DNA of 24,000 nt from Actinomycetota bacterium (GTDB taxonomy: Bacteria; Actinomycetota; Coriobacteriia; Anaerosomatales; Anaerosomataceae). The notes beneath the pieces were generated by a model. That model was not told the DNA's origin, did not search any database, and saw only the letters and a program-made list of their open reading frames with translations. This document shows positions 1 to 9,445 of this stretch, piece by piece. Each line of letters opens with the position of its first letter. Within the stretch, counting starts at the first letter, position 1. The stretch spans positions 83,830-107,829 of the forward strand of contig SBEH01000004.1 in NCBI GenBank assembly GCA_009668945.1. Direction: 5' to 3'. A program made the position numbers and the translations under genes.

Positions 1-668
1 CCCGTCAGGACAAGAAGTCGGCGGCGCGCGAGCCGATCACCGCGAAGCTCGTGGCCGACCTGCTCACCGTCGCAGGCGCCGAGCGCGTGATCGCGATGGA
101 CCTGCACCAGGGACAGATACAGGGCTTTTTCAACCAGCCGGTGAACCACCTCACGGCTCTGCCGATCCTGGCCGACTACTTCGAGAGCCTGAACCTCGAC
201 AATCTCACCGTGGTCTCGCCTGATGTCGGACGCGTCAAGGTCTGCAAGAAGTTCGCGGACATGCTGGGCGCCGAGCTCGCAATCATGCACAAGGGGCGCC
301 CGCAGCACAACGTCGCCGAGATCACGCACGTCATCGGAGAGGTGGACGGCAGGAACTGCATCATCGCCGACGACATGATCGACACCGCCGGTTCTGTCAC
401 CGAGGGCGCGCGCGCTTTGATCGCCAGCGGAGCGGCGAAGGTCTGGGTCACGGCCACTCACGGCCTCTTCTCGCCTCCGGCGTTCGAGCGCATAGACGCC
501 GCGCCGGTCGAGGAAGTGGTCGTGACCAACACGCTTCCGCTTCCCGAGGACCGTCAGAACGGCAAGATTCGCGTGCTGTCCGTCGCGCCGCTATTTGCGC
601 GCGCGATTCAGAACGTGTACAACGACGATTCGGTCTCGGAGTTGTTCGATCCGGACTTCCAGCTTTAG
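1..668 (+). CDS. prs: Ribose-phosphate pyrophosphokinase (C-terminal part, 5' end outside window)
   Basis: Open frame continues upstream of the listed ORF start: QDKKSAAREPITAKLVADLLTVAGAERVIAMDLHQGQIQGFFNQPVNHL, followed by the PRPP-binding loop DDMIDTAGS; classic Prs signature. Codons in phase from nt 3. Confidence 0.97.
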   Translation, partial: RQDKKSAAREPITAKLVADLLTVAGAERVIAMDLHQGQIQGFFNQPVNHLTALPILADYFESLNLDNLTVVSPDVGRVKVCKKFADMLGAELAIMHKGRPQHNVAEITHVIGEVDGRNCIIADDMIDTAGSVTEGARALIASGAAKVWVTATHGLFSPPAFERIDAAPVEEVVVTNTLPLPEDRQNGKIRVLSVAPLFARAIQNVYNDDSVSELFDPDFQL

Positions 669-675
669 AGACACC

Positions 676-696
676 CGGCCGGACCTCGTCCGACCG
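676..696 (+). other. Imperfect hairpin between prs and the L25 gene
   Basis: CGGCCGGAC-CTC-GTCCGACCG, 9-bp stem with one mismatch; no following T-tract. Confidence 0.3.
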
Positions 697-719
697 CAAG
701 ACCCTGAAGGGAGCACCAC

Positions 720-1364
720 ATGACGCACGTCGTCAAACTGACCGCCACGCCACGCGAGGTCACCGGCAAGTCGAGCCACAAGCTCGCCGGTGAGGGACTC
801 GTGCCCGCGGTGGTCTACGGCCCCAAGATCGAGACCATGTCGCTGTCGGTCGACCGCCGCGAGTTCGAGCACATGATGCACCATGCATCCGTCGGCTCGA
901 CGCTGATAGACCTCACCGTCGAGGGACACGGCAGGCCGCTCGACGTCATCATCCGCGAGGTGCGCCACGACGAGGTCAAGGGCACCGTGCAGCACATCGA
1001 CTTCTGGGCGGTCGACATGGGCCACGCGCTGCAGACCGCGGTTCCGATCACCTTCGTCGGAAGCCCTGAGGGCGAGCGCGCGGGCGGCATCGTGATGCAC
1101 GCGATGCGCGAGCTCAAGGTCGAGGCGCGTCCGAAGGACCTGCCCGAGCACATCGAGGTAGACCTCAGTGCGCTCAACATCGGCGACGCGTTCGTCGTGG
1201 CGCAGGTCACCGCTCCGGCGGGGGTCACGCTTCTGGAGGATCCCGAGGCAGTCATCGCCTCGGTGCAGGCGCCCGCGGTCGAGGAAGAGGTCGTGGTCGA
1301 AGCCGAAGAGGCAGCCGAGGTGCCCGAGGTGGGCAAGGAGACCGAGGAAGCAAACGAGGAGTAG
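720..1364 (+). CDS. rplY: 50S ribosomal protein L25/general stress protein Ctc
   Basis: MTHVVKLTATPREVTGKSSHKLAGEGLVPAVVYGPK plus TL5/Ctc C-terminal domain and acidic tail; RBS-like GAAGGGAG upstream; prs-ctc-pth synteny. Confidence 0.93.
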   Translation: MTHVVKLTATPREVTGKSSHKLAGEGLVPAVVYGPKIETMSLSVDRREFEHMMHHASVGSTLIDLTVEGHGRPLDVIIREVRHDEVKGTVQHIDFWAVDMGHALQTAVPITFVGSPEGERAGGIVMHAMRELKVEARPKDLPEHIEVDLSALNIGDAFVVAQVTAPAGVTLLEDPEAVIASVQAPAVEEEVVVEAEEAAEVPEVGKETEEANEE

Positions 1365-1374
1365 TCCACTTCCG

Positions 1375-1941
1375 ATGGCGCGAATCGTGGTGGGACTCGG
1401 CAATCCGGGTCCGGAGTACGAGAACACGCGGCACAACGCAGGCTTCAGGGTGATAGACCTGCTCGCGGAGAACCTGCGCGTGAGCTACTGGAAGGAGGAG
1501 GCCGGCGCCAAGGTCGGCCTCGTCCGTTTCGGCCAGGACGACCTCGTGCTCGCGAAGCCTCAGACGTTCATGAACCTCTCGGGCAAGGCCGTGTCCAAGC
1601 TCACGCAGGCCTACGATGCGGATCCGTCCGAGGTCATCATCGTCCACGATGATCTCGACCTGCCCGAGGAGACCGTGCGCGTGAAGCGCGGCGGCGGACA
1701 CGGAGGGCACAACGGCCTTCGTTCGCTCACCGAGTCGCTCGGCACCGGTGACTTTCTCCGCGTGCGGATCGGCATCGGCCGACCGCCTGGTCGGCAGGAC
1801 TCTGCCGACTTCGTGCTGGAGCCGATGAGCAGGCGTGTCGCCGAGCGCCTGGAGGCCCAGGTCCCGCATGCAGCTCAGGCGGTGCTCCACGTCCTCGAGC
1901 ACGGCGTGGACTCCGCGATGCAGGAGTACAACGCGGGCTAG
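1375..1941 (+). CDS. pth: Peptidyl-tRNA hydrolase
   Basis: MARIVVGLGNPGPEYENTRHNAGFRVIDLLA...KPQTFMNLSGKAV...HDDLDLPEETVRVKRGGGHGGHNGLRS. The listed ORF starts upstream at 1168; ATG at 1375 fits the family N-terminus. Confidence 0.96.
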   Translation: MARIVVGLGNPGPEYENTRHNAGFRVIDLLAENLRVSYWKEEAGAKVGLVRFGQDDLVLAKPQTFMNLSGKAVSKLTQAYDADPSEVIIVHDDLDLPEETVRVKRGGGHGGHNGLRSLTESLGTGDFLRVRIGIGRPPGRQDSADFVLEPMSRRVAERLEAQVPHAAQAVLHVLEHGVDSAMQEYNAG

Positions 1942-1975
1942 CGGGGCCTACCGGCCGCCGCTTCGGGGAATGACA

Positions 1976-3208
1976 CTACTGCAGGTACGGCATCGGATCG
2001 ACGGGCGTGCCGTTGATCCTGACCTCGAAGTGCAGGTGCGGCCCGGTGGAGAGGCCCGTGCTGCCGACCCTGCCGATGCCATCTCGCCGCTCGACGGTCT
2101 GGCCTTCGCTCACCTTGAAGCTGCCGCTCTGCATGTGCGCGTACAGAGTGGCCACGCCGTTGCCGTGGTCGATGATGACGCAGTTGCCGTAGCCGCCCCG
2201 GTAGCCGGCGTAGATGACCTTGCCGTCAGCGGCGGCGACGATAGTGGCGCCGTTGATGTCCTTGCCGACGGCCCTGCCGCCTATGTCGATGCCGGTGTGC
2301 AGCTTGTTGTAGCCGAGGATCGGATGGATGCGGTAGCCGAAGGCCGAGCCTCCCGTGGGAGTCTGCTCGAATCCGGGCACCGGGAACGCCATGACGCCGG
2401 CGAAGTACCCTGAACCGGTGCCGTACAGCTCGGCGGCGATCTTCGCGGACTCGGCGTCTTCGGCCTCAGCCTGGGCGCGCAGCCGCTCGGCGTTGGCCTC
2501 GTTCTCCGCGACCAGCGCTTCCTTCTGGTCCTGCACCGCCTTCTGCGCGTTGAGCTTGGACTGGTACTGCTGCTGGAGTGAGCGGACCCGGTCTTCTTCG
2601 ACCTGAGCTTCGGCGCGTTTCGCGTCGACCGCCTGCATGTCGCGCTCGAGTTCGGCCTTGACCTTCTCGATCTGGATGCGCGTTTCCTTGAGCGTGGTCG
2701 CCAGGTCCTCGTTGGACTTGATGACCCGCTGGACCATCGTCGTACGGGTGATGAAGTCCTCGATGTCGCGTGACTCCAGCAGCAACTCGAAGTAGATGAA
2801 GTCCGAGTTCTTGTAGGTGGTCTGCACCCGGTCCGCAAGAAGCGCCTTCTGGCGTTCGTACTCGGCCTGGGTGGCCTCGATCTGCGCCTGCTTCGAGCTG
2901 ACCTGCGCGCGGAGCGCGTCCACTTCCGCTTGCAGGCGCTGAGTGCGGTCCGTGGCGATGGCGACGTCGTCAGCCAGAGCGTCGATGTCGCCCTGGATCG
3001 AAGCGATCTCGCCGTCGAGCGCGGCGGCCTCCTTGGAGAGGCGGTCGGCCTCGCTCTGAGCCGCGGCGGCGGCCTTCCGGGCATCGCGAGCAGCCTTTTC
3101 GTGCGCGCGCAGTTCGGCCTCGGTGGCGGCGTGCGCGAACGGCGCGGCCAGGAACGTGAGGATGAGGGCGAGCGAGAGGACTGCTCTGATGGCGCTGCTA
3201 CGACGCAT
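1976..3208 (-). CDS. Secreted M23-family metallopeptidase with N-terminal coiled coil (EnvC/NlpD-like)
   Basis: Signal peptide, long coiled coil, then HTGIDIGG...LYAHMQSG...GLSTGPHLHFEVR (complete LytM zinc motifs). Confidence 0.92.
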   Translation of the reverse strand: MRRSSAIRAVLSLALILTFLAAPFAHAATEAELRAHEKAARDARKAAAAAQSEADRLSKEAAALDGEIASIQGDIDALADDVAIATDRTQRLQAEVDALRAQVSSKQAQIEATQAEYERQKALLADRVQTTYKNSDFIYFELLLESRDIEDFITRTTMVQRVIKSNEDLATTLKETRIQIEKVKAELERDMQAVDAKRAEAQVEEDRVRSLQQQYQSKLNAQKAVQDQKEALVAENEANAERLRAQAEAEDAESAKIAAELYGTGSGYFAGVMAFPVPGFEQTPTGGSAFGYRIHPILGYNKLHTGIDIGGRAVGKDINGATIVAAADGKVIYAGYRGGYGNCVIIDHGNGVATLYAHMQSGSFKVSEGQTVERRDGIGRVGSTGLSTGPHLHFEVRINGTPVDPMPYLQ

Positions 3209-3292
3209 GGTGTGTATCCTCCGGACGGTTGCTTGTGCAGGAAATAAATCCCGCCGGAAGGCGCTCCGTGCGCAATCTTACCAGCGCAGAGG

Positions 3293-3300
3293 GGTATACT
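3293..3300 (+). promoter_or_regulatory. Putative -10 element GGTATACT
   Basis: GGTATACT about 55 nt upstream of the 3356 ORF in a divergent intergenic region; no clear -35 box. Confidence 0.35.
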
Positions 3301-3355
3301 GCAAACGAAGTCCGGCGTCGGCGCCGGGCGCAATCACGCACGAGGAGGGGTCCGA

Positions 3356-3748
3356 ATGAGTGACGATTTCCAGAGCACGCCTCCCGCTCCAGAGATGCCG
3401 CCGCCTCCGGCGCCTGCCGCGGCACCCGGCGGAGATGCACCGAGTGACACCGGCAAGATCTTCGCCGCACTCGGCTACATCGTCGGAATCGTTGCCTTGA
3501 TCGCCATCCTGATCGAGCCGTACAAGAACGAGAAGTTCGTGCGGCATCATGCGATCCAGGCCCTGGCACTGTGGGTCGGCTGGACCGTCGCCAGCGTTCT
3601 CACTGCGATCCCGTACGTCGGCTGGATCGTGGGTCCGATCCTGTACATCGCCCTCCTCGTCTTCGCGATCATGGGCGCTGTCAAGGCATTCGGCCTTGAG
3701 TACTGGGAGATGCCGGTCGTCTACAACCTCGTCAAGAACTACATCTAG
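3356..3748 (+). CDS. DUF4870-like small membrane protein
   Basis: Pro/Ala-rich N-terminus then GKIFAALGYIVGIVALIAILIEPYKNEKFVRHHAIQALALWVG; three predicted TM segments, HHAIQAL signature. Confidence 0.8.
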   Translation: MSDDFQSTPPAPEMPPPPAPAAAPGGDAPSDTGKIFAALGYIVGIVALIAILIEPYKNEKFVRHHAIQALALWVGWTVASVLTAIPYVGWIVGPILYIALLVFAIMGAVKAFGLEYWEMPVVYNLVKNYI

Positions 3749-3763
3749 ACGCAATCCGATACG

Positions 3764-4795
3764 TCAGCGCTTCGGCGTAGCCTCCTCGGCTACGGTGAGG
3801 CCTGAGTCTGCGGGGGCGGGCACGAGTTGTGCCCGCCCTTCGTCGTCCACGACGTAGAGCGCCGCGCCTGCCGCTTCCGCGTACTCAACGGCGCCAGCCG
3901 CGCCGCGCACGAACAGCGCTGTCGACAGGATGTCGGTGTCGAGGCCGGAGAGGCTCGGCGCGGCAATCGTGAGCGATCGGATTCCTCGCGCGGGGAGCCC
4001 TGTTGCCGGGTCGAGAATGTGGTGGTAGCGCACGCCGTCGTGCTCGAAGTAGCGCTGGTAGTCGCCCGAAGTGGAGAGCGCACCATCGCTCTCGAACGCG
4101 AATGTGGCGACGATTGTCTCGGGGTCGCGCGGGTCCTCGATGCCGATACGCCACACGCTGCCGTCGGGCTTGGTGCCGAGCGTGACCGTGCTGCTCCCCG
4201 AGGAGATGAGCGCGGCGGTCACGACACCGCTCGCGCGCAGGCTCTCCCGAGCGCGGTCGAGCGCGAGGCCCTTGGCGGCGCCGCCGAAGTCGAGGCCGGG
4301 CTTCGCGGTAGTGCTCGCGATGCCGAGGAAGCGCAGGCGATGGCCCTCACGTTCCGGCATGGAGGCCGTCTGCAGTGCCGCAGAGAGCTCGCCGTCTGTC
4401 GGAACGTGCCCTTCGCCCTCGAAGTCGTAGAGCTGGGAGACGCCGAACAGGCCGACCGAGAACTCGTCGGCGGCATCGAGTGTGTCGACGGCATCGAGCA
4501 CCTCGAGCGCGCTAGTGGGGAGTTCGTGCCACTCGAAGGGGGCGGCGTTGAAGTCCGAGACCGCCGACTCCGGGTCGTAGGCATCGAGATCGCTCTCGAC
4601 TTCGGCCATAGTCGCGAACGCGTCGTCGATCGCGGCCCGGACGGCAACCTCGTCCTCGCCGTACGCGGTGACGCTTACGACCGTGCCGAGCGCTTCGCGG
4701 CTGACCGCGACGGGCTCGTCGCTTCCGCATGCAGCAAGTGGGAGCAGCGCGCTGAGGAGCGCGAGAACCGCGATGAGCGTGCCGGTGCGACGCAT
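3764..4795 (-). CDS. apbE: FAD:protein FMN transferase, ApbE family lipoprotein
   Basis: Lipobox LLPLAAC; GTVVSVTAYGEDE, SDFNAAP, GLDFGGAAKGLALDRARESL, DGDYQRYFEHDGVRYHHILDPATGLPARG, TDILSTALFV. ATG at 4795 preferred over the ORF start at 4831. Confidence 0.88.
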   Translation of the reverse strand: MRRTGTLIAVLALLSALLPLAACGSDEPVAVSREALGTVVSVTAYGEDEVAVRAAIDDAFATMAEVESDLDAYDPESAVSDFNAAPFEWHELPTSALEVLDAVDTLDAADEFSVGLFGVSQLYDFEGEGHVPTDGELSAALQTASMPEREGHRLRFLGIASTTAKPGLDFGGAAKGLALDRARESLRASGVVTAALISSGSSTVTLGTKPDGSVWRIGIEDPRDPETIVATFAFESDGALSTSGDYQRYFEHDGVRYHHILDPATGLPARGIRSLTIAAPSLSGLDTDILSTALFVRGAAGAVEYAEAAGAALYVVDDEGRAQLVPAPADSGLTVAEEATPKR

Positions 4796-4814
4796 TGCCT
4801 GCCCTTCGGTGGCG

Positions 4815-4822
4815 GGTATACT
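4815..4822 (+). promoter_or_regulatory. Putative promoter, -10 GGTATACT with weak -35 TTGCCT (4795-4800)
   Basis: TATACT at 4817-4822, 16-nt spacer from TTGCCT, about 50 nt before the TTG start at 4873. Confidence 0.4.
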
Positions 4823-4872
4823 TGTCGGCACGTTGTCCGACCGTCTCGCCAGTGTACCAACCGGAGGACCAG

Positions 4873-5712
4873 TTGTTCCCCATCGTGCACACCCGCCAGC
4901 TCTCTGATGCCGTATTCGAAATGGGCGTCTTGGCTCCCGCCATCGCGGCGAAAGTGAAGGCGGGCCAGTTCCTCATCCTTCGCGTCGCCGAAGGCGGCGA
5001 GCGCATACCGCTCACGTTCTCCGACTGGTCCGCCGAGGACGACTGGATCCGGTTCATCTTCATGCGCGTGGGCAAGACTACGCACCAGCTCTCGCACATG
5101 GGCGTGGGTGATTCGCTCGCCGACGTGGTCGGGCCGCTCGGGGTACCGACGCACACCGAAGGTGTCGGTCGTGTCGCGGTTGTTGGCGGCGGCGTAGGTG
5201 CGGCTGTGGCGTATCCGGTCGCGCGCGCCATGTGCGAGGCCGGCGCCGAGGTCACCGTCATCCTCGGCGCGCGGAACAAGGACCTGCTGATCCTAGAGGA
5301 CGAGTTCCGGGCGCTGCCCTTGAAGGACCTCGTCATCACAACCGATGACGGCTCGGCGGGCCGAAAGGACCTTGTGACCGCACCGCTCAAGGAGCTGTGC
5401 GAGGCCGGTGCGCTCGACCACGCCATGGCGATCGGCCCGGCGATCATGATGAAGTTCTGCGCTGCCACCACGCGGGACTTCGGCGTGCCGACGACCGTGT
5501 CGCTCAATCCGATCATGGTCGACGGCACCGGCATGTGCGGTGCGTGTCGCGTGAGCGTCGGCGGCGAGACGAAGTTCGGTTGCGTGGACGGCCCGGACTT
5601 CGACGGCCACGCGGTGGACTTCGAGGAGCTCATGAGCCGCCAGCGCGTCTACGTCGAAGAAGAGCGGCTCTCCGACGCCGAGTACCACCTGGAGTGCTCG
5701 TGTCACACGTAG
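4873..5712 (+). CDS. Sulfide/dihydroorotate dehydrogenase-like FAD/NAD(P)-binding protein (ferredoxin-NADP reductase alpha subunit, NfnA-like)
   Basis: LFPIVHTRQLSDAVFEMGVLAPAIAAKVKAGQFLILRV, VVGGGVGAAVAYPVARAM, 2Fe-2S region DGTGMCGACRVSVGGETKFGCVDGPDFDGHAVDF. TTG start at 4873 is preceded by GGAGG (4863-4867); the listed ORF start 4795 would overlap the apbE start codon. Confidence 0.88.
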   Translation: MFPIVHTRQLSDAVFEMGVLAPAIAAKVKAGQFLILRVAEGGERIPLTFSDWSAEDDWIRFIFMRVGKTTHQLSHMGVGDSLADVVGPLGVPTHTEGVGRVAVVGGGVGAAVAYPVARAMCEAGAEVTVILGARNKDLLILEDEFRALPLKDLVITTDDGSAGRKDLVTAPLKELCEAGALDHAMAIGPAIMMKFCAATTRDFGVPTTVSLNPIMVDGTGMCGACRVSVGGETKFGCVDGPDFDGHAVDFEELMSRQRVYVEEERLSDAEYHLECSCHT

Positions 5713-7148
5713 ACGACACTTCCGCACCCGCCGAGACTCCCCGCCATCGGCCCTCGCGGGCGCCGCGCACACCCATGCCCGAGCGCGATGCGGCGGAGCG
5801 CGCTCGCGACTTCGACGAGGTCACCCTCGGCTACACCGAGGAGATGGCGCGCGGAGAAGCCGAGCGCTGTCTGCAGTGCAAGAACCCGACGTGCATCGAG
5901 GGCTGCCCGGTCAACATCGACATCAAGTCGTTCATCGGCCGAATGATCGAGGGCGACTATCGCGCGGGCGTCGCCGTGCTCAAGGAGCGCAACGCGCTCC
6001 CGGCCGTATGCGGGCGCGTGTGCCCGCAGGAGGAGCAATGCGAGGCGGCGTGCGTGCTCGGGAAGAAGGGCGAGCCGGTCGCCATCGGCCGCCTCGAGCG
6101 CTGGCTGGGCGACTTCGACCTCGCGTGCGAGCTCGAGCAGCGCTGCGTGCCCGAGGTGGGCGCGGACTCCGGCAAGTACGTTGCGGTCGTGGGCTCCGGC
6201 CCGGCCGGGCTCGCGTGCGCGGGCGAACTCCGGCGCTTCGGCCACGCGGTCACCGTCTTCGAGAGCCTGCACGCCACCGGCGGCGTACTCACCTACGGCA
6301 TCCCCGAGTTTCGGCTGCCGAAGCAGATCGTCCAGGCCGAAGTCGGCCTCCTCGAGGAGATGGGCGTCGAGATCCGATGTGACGTTGTCGTCGGCGCCAC
6401 CTATACGCTCGATGAGCTCATGTCGGCTGAGGGCTACGATGCGGTCTTCATCGGCAACGGCGCCGGTCTACCGATGTTCATGGGCATCCCCGGCGAGAAT
6501 CTGAACGGCGTGTACTCGGCAAACGAGTTCTTGACGCGCGTCAACCTGATGCGCGCTTACGAGTTCCCGAAGGCGGACACGCCGGTGTGGCGCGGGCGCA
6601 AGGTCGCGGTCGTCGGCGGCGGCAACGTGGCGATGGACTCGGCACGCACCGCCAAGCGCCTCGGTGCCGAGGAGGTCTTCCTCGTCTACCGCCGCACGGA
6701 GGAGGAGATGCCGGCGCGCAGGGAAGAGGTCCACCATGCGCGCGAGGAGGGCATCGAGTTCAAGATGCTGTGTTCGCCGGCCGAGATCACTGGCCACGAC
6801 GGGTGGGTGACCGGCATGGTTGCGAACCGCATGGAGCTCGGCGAGCCGGACGCCAGTGGCAGGCGCGCGCCGGTGTGCGTGCTCGATTCGGACTTCGTGA
6901 TCGACTGCGACACCGTGATCATGGCGCTCGGCACGCGCGCGAACCCGCTGCTCACCAAGACCGCGCCCGACCTCGAGCTCACCAAGCGCGGCTACATCGT
7001 GGCCGACGAAGACGGTGCCACCTCCAAGCCGGGCGTCTTCGCCGGTGGCGATATCGTCACCGGCTCGGCCACAGTGATTCTCGCGATGGGGGCCGGCAAG
7101 GGCGCCGCTCGCGCCATCGACGAATGGCTGACCAGCGGCAGCCGGTAG
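5700..7148 (+). CDS. gltA: NADPH-dependent glutamate synthase-type flavoprotein (GltA/NfnB-like)
   Basis: FDEVTLGYTEEMARGEAERCLQCKNPTCIEGCPVNIDIKSFIGR, CGRVCPQEEQCEAACVLGKKGEPVAIGRLERW, VVGSGPAGLACAGEL, VVGGGNVAMDSARTAKRLG. Start ambiguous: GTG 5700 (or 5694) retains the usual 'PMPE.D...R..(D/N)F' N-terminus; ATG 5775 is the alternative. Confidence 0.88.
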   Translation: MSHVDDTSAPAETPRHRPSRAPRTPMPERDAAERARDFDEVTLGYTEEMARGEAERCLQCKNPTCIEGCPVNIDIKSFIGRMIEGDYRAGVAVLKERNALPAVCGRVCPQEEQCEAACVLGKKGEPVAIGRLERWLGDFDLACELEQRCVPEVGADSGKYVAVVGSGPAGLACAGELRRFGHAVTVFESLHATGGVLTYGIPEFRLPKQIVQAEVGLLEEMGVEIRCDVVVGATYTLDELMSAEGYDAVFIGNGAGLPMFMGIPGENLNGVYSANEFLTRVNLMRAYEFPKADTPVWRGRKVAVVGGGNVAMDSARTAKRLGAEEVFLVYRRTEEEMPARREEVHHAREEGIEFKMLCSPAEITGHDGWVTGMVANRMELGEPDASGRRAPVCVLDSDFVIDCDTVIMALGTRANPLLTKTAPDLELTKRGYIVADEDGATSKPGVFAGGDIVTGSATVILAMGAGKGAARAIDEWLTSGSR

Positions 7149-7274
7149 CTCCGTGCGCACCGAATAGCCCGACGAGCGGCAACTGCGCTACAATCCGAGC
7201 GTAGGGCACTACCGTTCGGCGGATGACCTGACGAACGGCGCATCCCGCGCATACAGGGGAACTCGGAGGCGGCC

Positions 7275-8015
7275 GTGTCGGATCCCATCAGAGTCCTCGT
7301 TGTCGATGACGATGAGTCGATCGTCGAGATGATTCGAATGGGTCTTGAGGCCGAGGGGATGCGCGTGACGTCTGCATCCGACGGCGCGGAAGCCCTGGAC
7401 GCCCTTCATGCCAACCCGACCGACGTCGTGCTGCTCGACATCATGATGCCGCGCGTGGACGGCTGGATGGCGCTGATGGAGATCCGCAACGATCCCGTCA
7501 CTGCGGACATCCCCGTGATCATGCTTACCGCCAAGACGCAGGACCTGGCGCGCATCCTCGCGTTCAAGCAGGGCGTCCAGCAGTACGTGACCAAGCCGTT
7601 CAACCTGATGGAGCTCATCGCACGGATTCAGAGCCTCATGCGAGGTCGCCCGAGGGCCGGCACCACGACATCAGCTGAAGGCGACTTCCGCAAGCTCGCC
7701 GTGCGCAAGGGCGGCCGTACCGTACTCCTCGACCTCGAGGAGGTCGTGTACATTTCGGCCAAGAACAAGTCCACGTACGTGCATACCTATGAGAACCAGT
7801 ACCTCGTAGACCTCACGCTCTCGGAGCTCGAGGAACGGCTCTCGTCCGACGCGTTCAGGCGACTCCACCGGAGCTACATGATCAACCTGAACAAGGTCAA
7901 GGAGATCGTTCGCGCCGAAGGCGCGTACATGGTGGTCGTGGCCGATCGCGACGAGACACAGGTGCCGGTGGCGCGTCGCCAGGTGAAGTCTTTCCGCGAG
8001 GCGGTGGGGATCTAG
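7275..8015 (+). CDS. Response regulator, receiver domain + LytTR DNA-binding domain
   Basis: IRVLVVDDDESIVEMIRMG..VVLLDIMMPRVDGW..VIMLTAKT..GVQQYVTKPFN; C-terminal LytTR (EEVVYISAKNKSTYVHTYE...FRRLHRSYMINLNKVKEI). GTG start. Confidence 0.88.
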   Translation: MSDPIRVLVVDDDESIVEMIRMGLEAEGMRVTSASDGAEALDALHANPTDVVLLDIMMPRVDGWMALMEIRNDPVTADIPVIMLTAKTQDLARILAFKQGVQQYVTKPFNLMELIARIQSLMRGRPRAGTTTSAEGDFRKLAVRKGGRTVLLDLEEVVYISAKNKSTYVHTYENQYLVDLTLSELEERLSSDAFRRLHRSYMINLNKVKEIVRAEGAYMVVVADRDETQVPVARRQVKSFREAVGI

Positions 8016-8061
8016 TGGCGCGAGCCCGTCGTGACCCGCGGAGCGCGAACATCGGGATGGG

Positions 8062-9429
8062 CTAGTTCCTGAGGCTCCCGAGCGGCGCCGGCATACGCCC
8101 GCCACGCGCGATGAGCTTGGCGCTGCTCCACTTCGAGACGTCCATCACGGGTGCCGCCCCGAGCAGGCCGCCCCAGCTGACGCGGTCGCCAGCCTTCTTG
8201 CCCATCGCGGGGATGAGGCGCGCGGCGGTGGTCTTGTTGTTGATGACGCCGATAGCACAGGCGTCGGAGATGATGCCGGCAAGTGTTTCGGCGGGCGTGT
8301 CCCCAGGGACCGCGATCATGTCGAGGCCAACCGAGCACACGGCGGTCATCGCCTCGAGCTTCTCGAGCGTGAGCGCGCCCGCCTCCACCGCGCGGACCAT
8401 GCCCGCGTCCTCGGAGACGGGGATGAACGCGCCCGAGAGGCCACCGACAGACGAGGTGCCCATGGCGCCGCCCTTCTTGACGGCGTCGTTCAAGAGCGCG
8501 AGTGCGGTAGTGGTGCCGGGCGCGCCGCAGCGCTCCACGCCTATCGCCTCGAGGATGTCGGCGACGCTGTCACCTTCGGCGGGGGTGGGCGCGAGCGAGA
8601 GGTCGACGATGCCCATCGAGACACCTAGCCTGCGTGCCGCCTCCCTGGCGACGAGCTCGCCCGCACGCGTGATCTTGAAGGATGTTGCCTTGATGGCCTC
8701 GGCGACGGCGGTTAGGTCTGCATCTTCCGGCATCGCGGCGACCACGGCGCGAACGACGCCTGGTCCGGAAATCCCCACGTTCACCACCACGTCCGCCTCG
8801 CCGGAGCCGTGGACGGCGCCTGCCATGAACGGGTTGTCCTCGACCATGTTCGCGAACACCACGAGCTTGGCGCACCCGATGCTGTCGGCATCGGCGGTAA
8901 GCGCCGCGGTCTCCTTCACGGTGTGCGCCATGCGTGCGATCGCGTCCATGTTGATCCCCGCGCGCGTGGACGCGACGTTCACGGAGGCGCATACGCGCTG
9001 AGTGGAGGCAAGTGCCTGCGGAATCGAGCGGATGAGCGCGTCGTCGGCGCGACCGACGCCTTTGTGCACGAGCGCTGAGAAGCCGCCGATGAAGTCGACG
9101 CCCACGGTTGCGGCGGCGCGGTCCATCGCCCCGGCGACCGGCGTGAGGTCCTCGCACGCACGTCGTCCCGCGACCTCGGCGACCGGGCTCACCGAGATGC
9201 GCTTGTTGCGGATGGGGATGCCGTACTCGCGCTCGATCGTCTCGCAGACGGGCACGAGCCGTTCGGCGGCCGAGGTGACCCGGTCGTAGAGCCTTCGGCT
9301 CATCTCGGCCGCGGTGTCTGCCGCGCACTCGCCGATTGAGACGCCGAGCGTGACCGTGCGGATGTCGAGGTGCTGCTGCTGCACCATCACGAGCGTTTCG
9401 GCAATCTCCTCGGGACTGATGTGAAGCAT
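8062..9429 (-). CDS. DUF711 / UPF0210 (PFL) family protein
   Basis: 455 aa; [103 protein letters not shown]. Confidence 0.88.
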   Translation of the reverse strand: MLHISPEEIAETLVMVQQQHLDIRTVTLGVSIGECAADTAAEMSRRLYDRVTSAAERLVPVCETIEREYGIPIRNKRISVSPVAEVAGRRACEDLTPVAGAMDRAAATVGVDFIGGFSALVHKGVGRADDALIRSIPQALASTQRVCASVNVASTRAGINMDAIARMAHTVKETAALTADADSIGCAKLVVFANMVEDNPFMAGAVHGSGEADVVVNVGISGPGVVRAVVAAMPEDADLTAVAEAIKATSFKITRAGELVAREAARRLGVSMGIVDLSLAPTPAEGDSVADILEAIGVERCGAPGTTTALALLNDAVKKGGAMGTSSVGGLSGAFIPVSEDAGMVRAVEAGALTLEKLEAMTAVCSVGLDMIAVPGDTPAETLAGIISDACAIGVINNKTTAARLIPAMGKKAGDRVSWGGLLGAAPVMDVSKWSSAKLIARGGRMPAPLGSLRN

Positions 9430-9445
9430 CTCAGGCGTCCTCTCG

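Noticed and set aside
2281-3333. 350-aa minus-strand ORF overlapping the M23 peptidase in another frame
   Set aside because: Low-complexity Arg/Ser/Pro-rich; the 1976-3208 frame has full LytM motifs and a signal peptide.
3827-4957. 376-aa plus-strand ORF opposite apbE
   Set aside because: ApbE motifs are clear on the minus strand; the plus ORF has no plausible family and runs into the real NfnA-like gene.
8016-8061. Terminator between the convergent LytTR and DUF711 genes
   Set aside because: GC-rich, but no convincing stem with adjacent T-tract could be delineated.
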